64,000 bases of DNA from Candidatus Thorarchaeota archaeon (GCA_046482545.1 JAWOEX010000013.1:52318-116317), one strand, 5' to 3'; shown: positions 10,201-20,839, counted from the first letter of the stretch. Program-made: numbers and translations. The notes: generated from the letters alone by a model not told the origin.

Positions 10201-10974
10201 TTACCCGTTTATTTTGCCGGAGAGAAGCTTTTCCAACTCCGTTCTCAAGAGGGTCCGGGTGGCTTCCAAGCTCCAGTCTTCAGTCAAGGCTTGCTGTAAT
10301 ATTCTTCTTCTCGTTATGTGAATACGCTCATCAAATCCAAGATCAGGATTGTTTTCTAAGAACTCAGAAACTACTCTCCTTGTTGTCACATCAAGTTGGT
10401 CGTTGTTTTCATCTGTGACATGTCGGGGTTCTTTCTCAACTTCCAAGTCCTCCAGTTTCCTCAGAATTTCAATGGCCCCTTCCGAAGCAGCAGTGCTGCT
10501 TAAATCAATGGTTACCAACGGTTCATCCCATGCGTATTTCTTCCCTGGGAGGTCCAACCTTTCATCAATTCGCCGGATGACATGTTCTGGGATTACGAAC
10601 TCCCGTGCCCTGTTCCATTTCAAGGCTGTTTCAAGAGGAGTGCTTACAAAAACAGATTCATAGATACAATCGTGCTTGAGGGCGATATCGCGGATCTCGT
10701 GTCTCATGCTTGCATAGTAGTTTGTATCATCGTGCACAACTGACAGTTGCTTCTCAGCTATTGCATTGGCTTTTCTCAGTGCTTTCTTCCGCACCTCGTT
10801 TTCTTTGTTCGGCGTGAAATCTGCATAGAATACATCATCTCGCCAATCGTCTGTACTGATAATCTGTACATTTGATGGCAATGGATGATGGTGTTTGATT
10901 TGCTTGGCCAGGGTAGTCTTTCCAGAGGCGGGTATACCACAGAGTGCGATAAGAAATTGCTTCATGTTACCCAC
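10201..10974 (-). CDS. pstk: O-phosphoseryl-tRNA(Sec) kinase (PSTK/KTI12 family)
   Basis: GIPASGKTT P-loop, DDTNYYASMR, P.KKYAWDEP; Sec-cluster context. Confidence 0.88.
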   Translation of the reverse strand: MGNMKQFLIALCGIPASGKTTLAKQIKHHHPLPSNVQIISTDDWRDDVFYADFTPNKENEVRKKALRKANAIAEKQLSVVHDDTNYYASMRHEIRDIALKHDCIYESVFVSTPLETALKWNRAREFVIPEHVIRRIDERLDLPGKKYAWDEPLVTIDLSSTAASEGAIEILRKLEDLEVEKEPRHVTDENNDQLDVTTRRVVSEFLENNPDLGFDERIHITRRRILQQALTEDWSLEATRTLLRTELEKLLSGKING

Positions 10975-11042
10975 TATCGACTACTTCACTTACGGACTAC
11001 AGCATCATCTTATGGCCGTTTCTTTTGATGCTGAGTTAATGG

Positions 11043-11987
11043 CTATCGCCGAATGCGAATATTCAGGTCTTGTGCCAGTTCCTTGTATCTATTGCGGACT
11101 GTAACCTCAGTTACATTGGATGCTTTGGCAATCTCTCTCTGAGTTCGCCGGTCATCCTCAATAATACCGGCAATGTACAACGAAGCGGCTGCAATACCTC
11201 CTGGGTCTTTGCCTGCGGTTATCCCCTTCTTCTTGGCTGCATTGATAATCTTGGTAGCTGTTTGCACTGTCTTGCCGCTCATTTCCAAGTCTGATGAAAT
11301 CCGTGGCATCAAATCGTTAGCCGAGGGTATGGGGATATGAACATCGACATGTCTGATGATAAGTCGAACACAATGGGCCAGGGATTTCCTGTTAACCCTT
11401 GCTTCGCTGACCATCTCATCCAACTGTCGTGGGATTTTATGGATTCGGCAAGACAAGTATATAGCAGCAGATACCATTCCTTCAATACTTCTTCCCCTAA
11501 CAAGACGCTTATTCAAGGCTTTTCTATAGATTAGGGCTGCAGTCTCCTTCGTTTCCCGTGGGATACCTAGCTGGGAACAAAGCCTATCCATCTCACTCAT
11601 AGCAAGACTCAGATTACGGTGCTGAGAACTATGAGCTAGTGTGCGGATCTGCCATTTACGCATTCTGTAAATTGCAGCTCGCCTACTGCCTTTGATTGAC
11701 CGTCCATTAGCGTCCCGGTTGCCCCAACTTATAGTGGTCGCGAGTCCCTTATCAGCCATCGTGAGACTCATTGGAGACCCTGTTCGAGCTCGTGCGTTTC
11801 GCTCTTCTGCTGTGAAAGCTCGCCATTCTGGGCCTGTGTCCATTATATGCTCGGAAAGTACACAGCCGCAGTTGGTACAGATACTCTCACCGCGCTTAGA
11901 ATCTTCATAGAAATCGTGGCCACCACAGTTTGAGCAGACCTTTTGTTTTTCATCGCCTTTCTTCATACTGTGTGCTGGTTTATGCAT
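11043..11987 (-). CDS. tfb: transcription initiation factor IIB
   Basis: Zn ribbon CSNC...CTNCG, GPEWRAF, two cyclin repeats, VTEVTVRNRYKEL. Confidence 0.97.
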   Translation of the reverse strand: MHKPAHSMKKGDEKQKVCSNCGGHDFYEDSKRGESICTNCGCVLSEHIMDTGPEWRAFTAEERNARARTGSPMSLTMADKGLATTISWGNRDANGRSIKGSRRAAIYRMRKWQIRTLAHSSQHRNLSLAMSEMDRLCSQLGIPRETKETAALIYRKALNKRLVRGRSIEGMVSAAIYLSCRIHKIPRQLDEMVSEARVNRKSLAHCVRLIIRHVDVHIPIPSANDLMPRISSDLEMSGKTVQTATKIINAAKKKGITAGKDPGGIAAASLYIAGIIEDDRRTQREIAKASNVTEVTVRNRYKELAQDLNIRIRR

Positions 11988-12411
11988 GGTTGACTCCCAA
12001 TCCTCCTCCTCTCAATTTGTGCCTACATTGCTGCAGCACAAGACCGACACGCGCTTGTCGGCGAGGGAGGCGTGATTTGTTGTCTCTTTCCTACGCATAC
12101 CGTCTTTGGTATACGAGGGGTCGTTTGTTGAATAATGTACAGATTTGGTCAATCTGTTCGAATTCCTTCGCACACATCCACAAATAAACCCTTGGTCTGC
12201 ACAGATATTTTGTTAAACAAACTATAATGGTTCCACTCAGTAGGAACCGGTGATTTACTACGAATAGATTATGATTGATAGGACTAGAAAAGGTGGTTCT
12301 CAGCTAATGGTTTCATTCAATAAATGAGTTGTCAACCAACCCATGCCATCTCACCCGGGATTCATTTATCAATTGAGTTTCGATATGCAATTTACATAGT
12401 TACAGGGGCTC

Positions 12412-13650
12412 TTGATTGTGGATATGACCGTGGATTCATCAACCCTCTCAAACGAGAAGGTGCTCTTCCTTCTGAACAAAGATACTGGGATGGCTCCCTA
12501 TTCTCATGAATTTATTATGGGTGATATTGATACTCAGGTGCTATCAGGCTTTGTGTCAGCGATGCTCAGTTTTATGGGTGAAGTAACCGGAGATGAGTGC
12601 TCTCGATGGAAAACTCACTACGGGTCTGACAATGTTTTCATCGTAGAGGGCGGCAAATGGGTTGTTGGGGTCCTCGCTGTGTCGAGAGAAACCACTGAAG
12701 TGAGAAGCAAACTCAGAAGAGTCGTCAAAGAATTTGAAGAAGAATTTCAGTTCTTACAAAGAGCGGAAGGAATCGATGGTAGGATTTTCGACGAATTCGA
12801 TCATTACGTGAGGAGAGTCTTCCTTGGAGATCGGTTATCCGAGCGCTCTATTCTTCTGAAAAGGTCTGATGCTAAGGTAGATTCTGAAATGTATCGCCTG
12901 CCAAGCATTGCTTTCAAAGTGGCGAACATGCTTCAACACATAGGCGAAGGAACCACTCTCGGGGAGGTAGCTGCCCTCATGGATATCGACATACACACCG
13001 CAAAGGACCTCGCCTCGCGAGCATTGTGGCGACACTCGATTTACATTCTCTATGTTCCGAGCAATGATGACATACTCGTGTTATCTGAACGTTCATCAAG
13101 TGAACTGCTGCATAAAGAGAACCCTTTTGGCATATCTCAGCGTACAATTCAGGTTGTAGCATCGTTGGATGGACGCACGCCTTTGCGTTCTCATCTCTCT
13201 GATATGGCTCCAGAAGACATAGAACAAGCTCTGGTCGAGCTTGCTGACTTTATCAACAAGGGATACATACAAAGAATCTCACTGGAACGCAAGCTAGTGT
13301 TAATCGAGGAATGTGTGCTAAACAAGCTGGTAGAAACATGTGCTGATATCATAGGTCGAGAATCCACCCTTGCCTACCTGGAAAATGGGCAGGACCAAGG
13401 TGTTGAAATCCACCCGTGGATTGCCCGGATTAAAATCTCCAGTGGTCTGAAAATTGAATGTTGGCTCGATATTACCATGACTCCTGCGGACTTCGATGAA
13501 ATGTATGAGGCTCTCCGTTTTCTGATTAAGAATCTACTTGAACAGATAGCCAGTTTGATTGAAACGGAACAGGCTGAAGCCATGCTGACATTCGCACGAA
13601 AGCAATGCCGTCAAAAGTGGAAGGGATACGTTCAGGATGTAACAATTTAA
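12412..13650 (+). CDS. hypothetical protein with N-terminal longin/roadblock-like domain
   Basis: DTQVLSGFVSAMLSFMGEV resembles Asgard longin-like domains; followed by winged-helix-like segments. Confidence 0.6.
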   Translation: MIVDMTVDSSTLSNEKVLFLLNKDTGMAPYSHEFIMGDIDTQVLSGFVSAMLSFMGEVTGDECSRWKTHYGSDNVFIVEGGKWVVGVLAVSRETTEVRSKLRRVVKEFEEEFQFLQRAEGIDGRIFDEFDHYVRRVFLGDRLSERSILLKRSDAKVDSEMYRLPSIAFKVANMLQHIGEGTTLGEVAALMDIDIHTAKDLASRALWRHSIYILYVPSNDDILVLSERSSSELLHKENPFGISQRTIQVVASLDGRTPLRSHLSDMAPEDIEQALVELADFINKGYIQRISLERKLVLIEECVLNKLVETCADIIGRESTLAYLENGQDQGVEIHPWIARIKISSGLKIECWLDITMTPADFDEMYEALRFLIKNLLEQIASLIETEQAEAMLTFARKQCRQKWKGYVQDVTI

Positions 13651-13789
13651 TCTCACGAATACCGGCTCCGCATGACAACATGAGGTCTTAATATCCTATT
13701 TCAATTCGATTTGAAGAATGAAATGTGGAGGTTTGAAAATACGTGATCTCCATATCTTACTGCCATGTTATTCTAGCGCTATACTGCCA

Positions 13790-14155
13790 TGACCTATTCC
13801 TTACAGTTGAGTTATTTTAACCCACTTGAAATCTCTGCGTTTTCCTTCCCCTCCCAGCGTCGCCCCCGAAATCTCCTTCGGTCTCTGAGTTGGCAGGGCT
13901 TTCTCTACGTTCATCGGGATGATATTCCTCCCGCAGTCCAAAATTCCTGCTCCTCACATCATCCCCCGTTCTCAGATCCGGTGATAGTGAATTCTTCCAC
14001 GTCTTCACCACGGCCTACAGATAATCAACATCTCAGCTTTGTCACTATAGCTGAGAAGTCCATTTGGACATAGTGAACAGCCGCGGACTCTCGATAGTCT
14101 CAAGGAGGCGATAAAGAACGCAATTTTCATGACTGACCACTAGCCCCCCTGCCTG
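13790..14155 (-). mobile_element. degenerate omegaRNA-derived element, copy 2
   Basis: GAGAGTCCGCGGCTGTTCAC block at 14073-14092 and 3' end TCAACTGTAAGGAATAGGTCA; left boundary uncertain. Confidence 0.85.
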
Positions 14156-14188
14156 ATCTTGGGGGAAAGATGTTCGGTGGTGCGACTA

Positions 14189-14788
14189 CTAAGATTCCAT
14201 GTTGTGTTCAGATTGTTCCAAACAAATCATTTCTCTTACTACAGCTTGCGGGATGATGTTGATGTGCTCATAATAGGCTTCACCCGAATCTAGCTGTGTT
14301 TTGGAACGACCAATTTTGACAAGACCGTCGCTTTTGCCTAAGAGATAACCTGCTATGTATTGGAGGGGAACTTGGTGCTTGTCTGCGTCCTCCTTGGTCA
14401 TCGCGCAGCATTCGACACCAGCACTTTCAAAGACCACTTCGACCATTTCATGCTCTTTGCAGTGGTCAATGCGATCTAGTTCCCTTATCCTTTTGAGCTG
14501 GTCCTCCCCCTGTATTCTCTGAACGAGTGACCTGTCATAATGGAATGGGTCATCTCTCATCTTGTGTATCGAAGGAGCCAAGTACACAGTTCGCTCTTTG
14601 ACCTCCTCAACTTGGTCACCACCCGAGTCCACAAACCGCTTCTCATTGCTTTCACCAATGACATAGCGAACGTGGTGATGTTTTGCATCTACTGTTTTAT
14701 CCCCTTTGTCTTCTTCGCCCTTTACACGCAAACGAGTGTCTGTCGTGATTTCTATTGCTGAGAATGGATTTCTGAATATTTTACTCAT
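14189..14788 (-). CDS. hypothetical protein
   Basis: 199-aa ORF with GGTGA RBS. Confidence 0.7.
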   Translation of the reverse strand: MSKIFRNPFSAIEITTDTRLRVKGEEDKGDKTVDAKHHHVRYVIGESNEKRFVDSGGDQVEEVKERTVYLAPSIHKMRDDPFHYDRSLVQRIQGEDQLKRIRELDRIDHCKEHEMVEVVFESAGVECCAMTKEDADKHQVPLQYIAGYLLGKSDGLVKIGRSKTQLDSGEAYYEHINIIPQAVVREMICLEQSEHNMES

Positions 14789-14801
14789 CGTTATTCACCA
14801 A

Positions 14802-14819
14802 AATTAACTATAGTAAATT
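14802..14819. promoter_or_regulatory. palindromic operator AATTAACTATAGTAAATT (site A1)
   Basis: 16/18 palindrome; 17 bp identical to 20973-20989; directly upstream of the 14788 start. Confidence 0.7.
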
Positions 14820-14962
14820 AACAATAATGTAGTAATAAATTATTCGGTGTACCACATGGAGTACTATTCATGTCAACATCAGAAGCGCCAATTGTTTGAA
14901 TCCGACAGGGGGTACGTGAAGGGTTATTATCGTTCTTGCATTTCTATCTGGGTGGTTTAATA

Positions 14963-15553
14963 ATGCAAGAGGTGTTGAGAGTTGGCCTTGGAGTATTGGT
15001 CTTTGGTCTACAACACAGTGGGCTCTCAGCTCTGAGGGTGAAATATGCTATTATTGACAGGTTTGGAAAGAGCGGTTATCACAGTATCTTCACTGCAACT
15101 GCAATCTTGGCTTTTCTCTTTTCATTCTTTATGATTGGTTTTTGGGATTGGCTGTATTTCATGCTTCGACCAGACGCCATTCACCTACCACTCTTCGTTT
15201 CAGGCATCATTTGTGGAGCTATGGGTTTCTGGCTTGCTCACAAAGCTTCAGCAGTAATATCGGTCAGCACAGTTGCTGATATGCGAAACGATAGAACGGC
15301 TGAGCTTGTTACAGCCGGCATCTATGCACACATACGCCATCCCTTGTACCTTGCCACTCTTCTTCTCTTTGCAGGCCTCGGTCTGCTGTATCCATTTCTA
15401 CCTGTGGTAGCTTATGTCACTTTCATGTCAGCTTATCTTATTTTCGGGGCATTTTTAGAAGAACGAAAGCTAATCATTTACTATGGTAAGGAGTATCAAA
15501 AGTACAAAAAGAAAGCTGGTTTTATTCTGCCTCGGCTAGGCGGGAATGAATAA
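14963..15553 (+). CDS. isoprenylcysteine carboxyl methyltransferase/NnrU-like membrane protein
   Basis: LVTAGIYAHIRHPLY, LEERKL...YGKEY..YKKK and TM helices. Confidence 0.85.
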   Translation: MQEVLRVGLGVLVFGLQHSGLSALRVKYAIIDRFGKSGYHSIFTATAILAFLFSFFMIGFWDWLYFMLRPDAIHLPLFVSGIICGAMGFWLAHKASAVISVSTVADMRNDRTAELVTAGIYAHIRHPLYLATLLLFAGLGLLYPFLPVVAYVTFMSAYLIFGAFLEERKLIIYYGKEYQKYKKKAGFILPRLGGNE

Positions 15554-15570
15554 TCGTCTCTTCCCAACTA

Positions 15571-16026
15571 TCAATCTTGGTCAAGCATTTTTTGTATCTT
15601 TGAAAGGTGTCGAGCTCGTTTGACCGCCTTTGGGGATATTTGATGGACCTGTCCTTTCTCGACGACAAAATGGTCGGTCTTTACGTCAGGTGTAAAATGT
15701 CGTTTGATGTCTTCAATCACAAAATGCAGTTGCACACAATGCGGGCTGCCATCAATTGTGAGTGCTACGACTTCTTCCAGATTGCAATATCGTACAATGG
15801 AGCCAATTTTGAAACCTGCTTGATTAACATGTGTTTCTTCTAAGCAAACTTGGAGTACCGCATATCCTCCTTTCCTCTTTGCGTACTCCTCAACGATTTC
15901 CGGATATCGGCTCATCATACACGAACCAACTAATAGAAGTCTGCCTTTCTCACGTATTCTTCGATCCCCGACGTTGATTCGCATCAGATGTAGGATGTTC
16001 TCACCATCAAATGACACAGCTACCAT
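15571..16026 (-). CDS. conserved Cys/His metal- or Fe-S-binding protein
   Basis: GSC, CLEETH and DGSPHC motifs. Confidence 0.65.
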   Translation of the reverse strand: MVAVSFDGENILHLMRINVGDRRIREKGRLLLVGSCMMSRYPEIVEEYAKRKGGYAVLQVCLEETHVNQAGFKIGSIVRYCNLEEVVALTIDGSPHCVQLHFVIEDIKRHFTPDVKTDHFVVEKGQVHQISPKAVKRARHLSKIQKMLDQD

Positions 16027-16970
16027 TTCCGTCTGTGCTTCGAAGAGCGGTTCCTATTCTTTGTTTCGGACTGGCTCACTAAGGGCAGAGCTACGCGAGC
16101 CACAATGTCTCCGTCAAACACGTAGTCCATTCTGCTAAGTGAAACGATTCTGCCTTCATGGCGAGTTGTTACGTCTCCTTTGTCTTCAACTTTCCCTATA
16201 ACATTGCCAAATTCTACAGTATCTCCTAGGCTGCAACTTGGTATGAAGAAACCCTCATCTTCCACATTGACCTGCTGTAATCTGCCAGTTAATGTGTTTG
16301 AGACTTCCATAGAATCTCCGGGTATCATGTCTTTGATTCTAAGCAAGTTGAGAATTGCTTCTCTCACTTCGACGGCTGCCTGAGGTTCAATTTCTTGGGC
16401 ATTTCCGCGCATCTCTATGCTTGCCACAGGAATTCCGTCATGTGCGGCTTCTGTGGTGAGCGATCCCCTCTTTCCATCACTCTGAACCACAATTGGTAGA
16501 GAAATCTGTGAAGCTAGATTTCTGACATGTATATACTCTCGGTGCATTGCCTTTACATGACTTAGACAATGTTGGATTCCTGTCTGCACATTCAATACAT
16601 ACTCAGCCTTCGAGACCCTTCTCCATATCTCCCAAGCTATCTTCTGACTAATCGTACCATGCTCATCTCCAGGAAAAACGGAATCAAGCTTCTTGGAATC
16701 CAGTGGTGACACTACTGTACCCAACCGAAAGGCTAGTGGATTTGCCACGGGGAGAATCGTTACCGAACCGTCTATTCGCTTCAAGCCTTCGAGATGTTTT
16801 AGCACTAGATATGTTGCATACACGCAGCTTGCAGATGTTCCGTCCATACCTGACAAAATTAGTACATTCGGCCTATCATCACCAAAACTATAGAATCCAA
16901 TAGTTGATCCTGTTTTTGGATCTATGTCAATTGCACGAACCTTTGCTTCAACCATTGGCAGACCTCCCAT
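16020..16970 (-). CDS. succinylglutamate desuccinylase/aspartoacylase-family protein, probably catalytically degenerate
   Basis: GSVTILPVANP...LDSVFPGD..GT and a C-terminal biotinyl-like domain; HGxE replaced by MDGTS. Confidence 0.75.
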   Translation of the reverse strand: MGGLPMVEAKVRAIDIDPKTGSTIGFYSFGDDRPNVLILSGMDGTSASCVYATYLVLKHLEGLKRIDGSVTILPVANPLAFRLGTVVSPLDSKKLDSVFPGDEHGTISQKIAWEIWRRVSKAEYVLNVQTGIQHCLSHVKAMHREYIHVRNLASQISLPIVVQSDGKRGSLTTEAAHDGIPVASIEMRGNAQEIEPQAAVEVREAILNLLRIKDMIPGDSMEVSNTLTGRLQQVNVEDEGFFIPSCSLGDTVEFGNVIGKVEDKGDVTTRHEGRIVSLSRMDYVFDGDIVARVALPLVSQSETKNRNRSSKHRRKW

Positions 16971-17053
16971 TGACTGCCCTGCTAAGACATGAGTCAGTCA
17001 ATATGAATTGCTGTAACACAATAAGGGTTCTGTTGTTCACTTGTGGTCAGTCT

Positions 17054-17767
17054 TCATTTGCAGTTGAAAAGGTAGATGTCCGTTCTGAATTCTTCCTCAA
17101 CAAAGCTGTCATGCCGTCCTAAAGCATATTCACAATCGAGTTTTGTATGAGGTTTTTCTAGGATACCTGAATGAACTGCACAACTTGCCGGATCACCTAT
17201 CCACGCCAGAGGACGCCCCTGCTGTACAATTCGAGTGCCGATATCCGAATAGAATGGTTCCCAAGAAACGAGAATAAGCGCAGGTGCATACTCCTCAATA
17301 GCGTCTATTGCATCCATTGTTTTGACCCATTTGGGATGTGCAATATCACTGCGCCTTGTTTTGGCGTCAGTTGCTATTATATCCCTCTCAATGAAAGACT
17401 CCAAGAATTCTGTGAGCTTACCATTCCCAGCCATGATTTCCAGAACAGGTCCGCTGTTTTCCACTCGACCAAGGCAGTCAATTATAGCGCCAGCAAGTCT
17501 CTTGATGAACTCCTCTGAATAGAATTGGAAAAACCAGCGGCCGTTTCGATTGCCTCCATTGCAGTATTGCTTGAGATTCGATGCCTGCTCTTCTCTTTGT
17601 AGGAAGGAGAGTACTTCATCATATGGCAAAAGCGCATGGTGCAAATCCATTTCTGGTTCGTGTTGTCCTGCATTTTCTGAGCTTTTGGAGTTCATCTTCT
17701 CACTCCACAGTTCATGATTACACGATATCGCAGGGGGACTATTCCCCTTCACGAAGAGACTAGTCAA
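17054..17767 (-). CDS. hypothetical protein with SAM-binding-like motif
   Basis: VLEIMAGNG...IIATD; true start probably downstream (MNSK or MDLH). Confidence 0.65.
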   Translation of the reverse strand: MTSLFVKGNSPPAISCNHELWSEKMNSKSSENAGQHEPEMDLHHALLPYDEVLSFLQREEQASNLKQYCNGGNRNGRWFFQFYSEEFIKRLAGAIIDCLGRVENSGPVLEIMAGNGKLTEFLESFIERDIIATDAKTRRSDIAHPKWVKTMDAIDAIEEYAPALILVSWEPFYSDIGTRIVQQGRPLAWIGDPASCAVHSGILEKPHTKLDCEYALGRHDSFVEEEFRTDIYLFNCK

Positions 17768-17923
17768 CGACTCTTAACCATAGCTCTAATAAGCAATCAG
17801 TCAACCACTCAAACAGTGAGCCATAATGAGGTATTGCGTTCTCAATTGGTAAATTGAGCTCTTTTTGCGAGTATTTTATAGACCATGCCTTCTCTGGCTC
17901 TTCACACAAACCAATGACAGTGG

Positions 17924-20839
17924 GTGGTGTCTTTATTGAGTGACTACGCCAACATTGAGACAAAATGGCAGGAACGCTGGGAAGAAGACGGAATTTTTGA
18001 AGCTGACCCCGACCCCTCCAAGCCGAAATTCTTCATGACAGTGCCTTATCCGTATACCAACGGGGCATTGCATATTGGACACGGTCGAACTTACACTGTA
18101 GGCGACCTTATTGCCCGGTACAAGCGGATGCGCGGATACAATGTGTTGTTTCCCATGGCGTCTCACATGACCGGCACCCCGATTCTGGGCATGTGTGAGA
18201 GAATCAAAGAGGGAGATCCTGATGCTATCGAACAATACAAGCGAGATTTGAGACTCTATTTGGATTCGGAAGAAGAAGTAGAAGAACAGATTCAGGAGTT
18301 CACAGATCCTTGGACCACCGCGAAATTCTTCGCTGATGTGATACACAAGGACTTCAAGCGGTTAGGGTATGGAATAGACTGGCGACGAAAATTCACCACG
18401 GGTGATAATATCTACAATAAATTCGTCTCTTGGCAATATCACAAGCTGATGGATGAAGGCTATATCCGCAAGGGGTCTCATCCACTCCTTTACTGTCCGA
18501 ATTGTGGTAATCCTGTGGGTGAAGATGACCTGCTAGAAGGTGAGACGGCCAAAATCAAAGAATTCACAGCCATCAAGTTTGGATTTGAGGATGGCTATCT
18601 TGTGCCTGCAACCCTGCGACCAGAGACGGTCTTTGGTGTCACGAATATGTGGATTAATCCGAATGCAACCTATGTCTGGGCGAAGGTAGATGGCGAGAAG
18701 TGGGTTGTATCTAAAGATGCTGCTGAAAAAATGAGACTACAAGATAAGGACATTGAGATAATCAAAACCTTCCCAGGTTCAGAAATAGTGGGGAAGAACG
18801 CGCAAGCAGTTCATGATGACCATGATATTCCAATTCTTCCCGCTGATTTCGTTAATCCAACTAACGCCACCGGTGTTGTGTATTCTGTTCCAGGTCACGC
18901 TCCTTTCGACTACGTTGCGTTGAAGGATTTGTGGGAGACCCCTTCCAGCTTGGAAGAATATGGGATCAGTGCTGAAGATATCCGGGCTGTGAAGCCTATC
19001 AGCATGATTGAGATAGAGGGTTACAGCAAACTGCCCGCGAAAGATGCCGTTGAGAAACATGGCATAGAATCACAAAAGGAAGCAGAGCATCTCGAGGAAG
19101 TCACTCAAGAGGTATACAAAGCCGAATTCTACGATGGAATCATGAAGGACAACTGTGAGCAGTTCTCAGGTCGCCCTATCAAAGAAGTAAAAGAAGACGT
19201 AATCAACTGGATGAAATCTAACAACAGAGCCGATGCATTCTACGAACCTGACCAACGTCCTGTTGTATGCAAGTGCGGTAGTGATGTGCAAGTAGCTGTC
19301 CTAGCTGGCCAGTGGTTCCTAGATTATGAGAGCCCTGGGTGGAAAAAGCAGGCTTGGAAAGCTCTGAATGAGATGTGTATCCTTCCGGAGACTTTCCGTA
19401 ACCTGTTTGAGGCCACCTTTGACTGGCTTGCTCAACGGCCCTGCGCCAGAAAGCGGGGGATAGGAACTGAACTACCCTTCGATGATGAATGGATTATCGA
19501 GGCTTTGTCTGACTCTACCATCTATATGGCATTCTATACCATTGTCAATACTATCAAAGAGGAATCTCTCGATGCAGAACAATTGACGGTGGGCTTTTTT
19601 GACTATGTCTACCTTGGTGAAGGTGACAAGAATGAGATATCCGAGGAAACTGGCGTTCCGGTGCACTTAATGGATGAGATGCGTGAAGAGTTCCTGTACT
19701 GGTATCCAAATGATCAGCGTCACACAGCTCCCTCCCATATTTCTAATCACCTGAGTTTTGCGATTTTCCATCATGTAGCGATATTCCCGGAGAAGCATTG
19801 GCTTCAATGTATCAGTCTGAATGAACACGTGATCATGGAAGGCTCCAAGATGTCCAAGAGCAAGGGGAATGTCATACCACTGGTTGAGATTCCAAAGAAA
19901 TACGGTGCAGATGTATATCGTATTTATGCGATTTCTGCAGCCGAACCTGGAAGTCTGATGGACTGGCGAGAAAGTGATGTTCCCGCTGTTAAGAACAGAC
20001 TACGACAATTTCAGGACATAATAGACCGCTTTGGAGGTAGGGGAGCTGTTGAATTTGAGACTACAGAGGATTTGACTACCCCCACCCGGTGGCTCCTTTC
20101 AAAGGTCAATTCTGCTGTTGCAAATTGCGGAGAATACATCGACAGCTTGAAGCTGAGAGATTATGCTATTCATGTAACATCAGATATGATTCGTACCGTT
20201 AATGAGTATCTGAATCGCTCGGAGGTACCTACTGAGGAACGGAACAAAGCAATGGAGTACGTAGCTGATCTCTGGGTCCGATTGATTGCTCCACTGGCTC
20301 CTCACGCGGCGGAAGAGATGTGGGAAAAAATGGGTCATGATGATTACGTATCGCTTGCTCTATGGCCAGAAGCGGATAACAATCTCATCGATTCATTGGC
20401 GGAACAAGCTCACGGAATAGTCAAGCGAGCCATTGATGATGTCAAGGAAATCATGAAACTACTGAAGGATGAAACTCCAGAACAGGTTCATCTTTACGTT
20501 TCCCCGCAGTGGAAGTTTGATGCTCTTGATAGCGTAGAGAAGGCCGACCTGCCAATTGTTACCGGCAAAATCATGGGACATTTGATGTCACAAGATCAGT
20601 TCCGAAAACACGGTGGGGACGTCAAGAAGCTCGTGGACCGAATCGTAAAAGAGAATGGTTTGTGGGACTATTCCCCTAGTGCTGAGCAAGAGCTAGCTGT
20701 ATTCAAAGATACTGAAGATTACATGAGCGCCGCTTTGGACCTAGAAGTTCAGGTCTATGATGCAGGAAATCCTGATTATGACCCGAAAGGGAAGGCGGAA
20801 TACGCATTGCCCGGTCGTCCCTCCCTTTACCTAGAATAA
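17924..20839 (+). CDS. leuS: leucyl-tRNA synthetase (archaeal type)
   Basis: PYTNGALHIGH, KMSKSKGN, ATLRPET editing domain, C-terminal ALPGRPSLY. Confidence 0.97.
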   Translation: MVSLLSDYANIETKWQERWEEDGIFEADPDPSKPKFFMTVPYPYTNGALHIGHGRTYTVGDLIARYKRMRGYNVLFPMASHMTGTPILGMCERIKEGDPDAIEQYKRDLRLYLDSEEEVEEQIQEFTDPWTTAKFFADVIHKDFKRLGYGIDWRRKFTTGDNIYNKFVSWQYHKLMDEGYIRKGSHPLLYCPNCGNPVGEDDLLEGETAKIKEFTAIKFGFEDGYLVPATLRPETVFGVTNMWINPNATYVWAKVDGEKWVVSKDAAEKMRLQDKDIEIIKTFPGSEIVGKNAQAVHDDHDIPILPADFVNPTNATGVVYSVPGHAPFDYVALKDLWETPSSLEEYGISAEDIRAVKPISMIEIEGYSKLPAKDAVEKHGIESQKEAEHLEEVTQEVYKAEFYDGIMKDNCEQFSGRPIKEVKEDVINWMKSNNRADAFYEPDQRPVVCKCGSDVQVAVLAGQWFLDYESPGWKKQAWKALNEMCILPETFRNLFEATFDWLAQRPCARKRGIGTELPFDDEWIIEALSDSTIYMAFYTIVNTIKEESLDAEQLTVGFFDYVYLGEGDKNEISEETGVPVHLMDEMREEFLYWYPNDQRHTAPSHISNHLSFAIFHHVAIFPEKHWLQCISLNEHVIMEGSKMSKSKGNVIPLVEIPKKYGADVYRIYAISAAEPGSLMDWRESDVPAVKNRLRQFQDIIDRFGGRGAVEFETTEDLTTPTRWLLSKVNSAVANCGEYIDSLKLRDYAIHVTSDMIRTVNEYLNRSEVPTEERNKAMEYVADLWVRLIAPLAPHAAEEMWEKMGHDDYVSLALWPEADNNLIDSLAEQAHGIVKRAIDDVKEIMKLLKDETPEQVHLYVSPQWKFDALDSVEKADLPIVTGKIMGHLMSQDQFRKHGGDVKKLVDRIVKENGLWDYSPSAEQELAVFKDTEDYMSAALDLEVQVYDAGNPDYDPKGKAEYALPGRPSLYLE

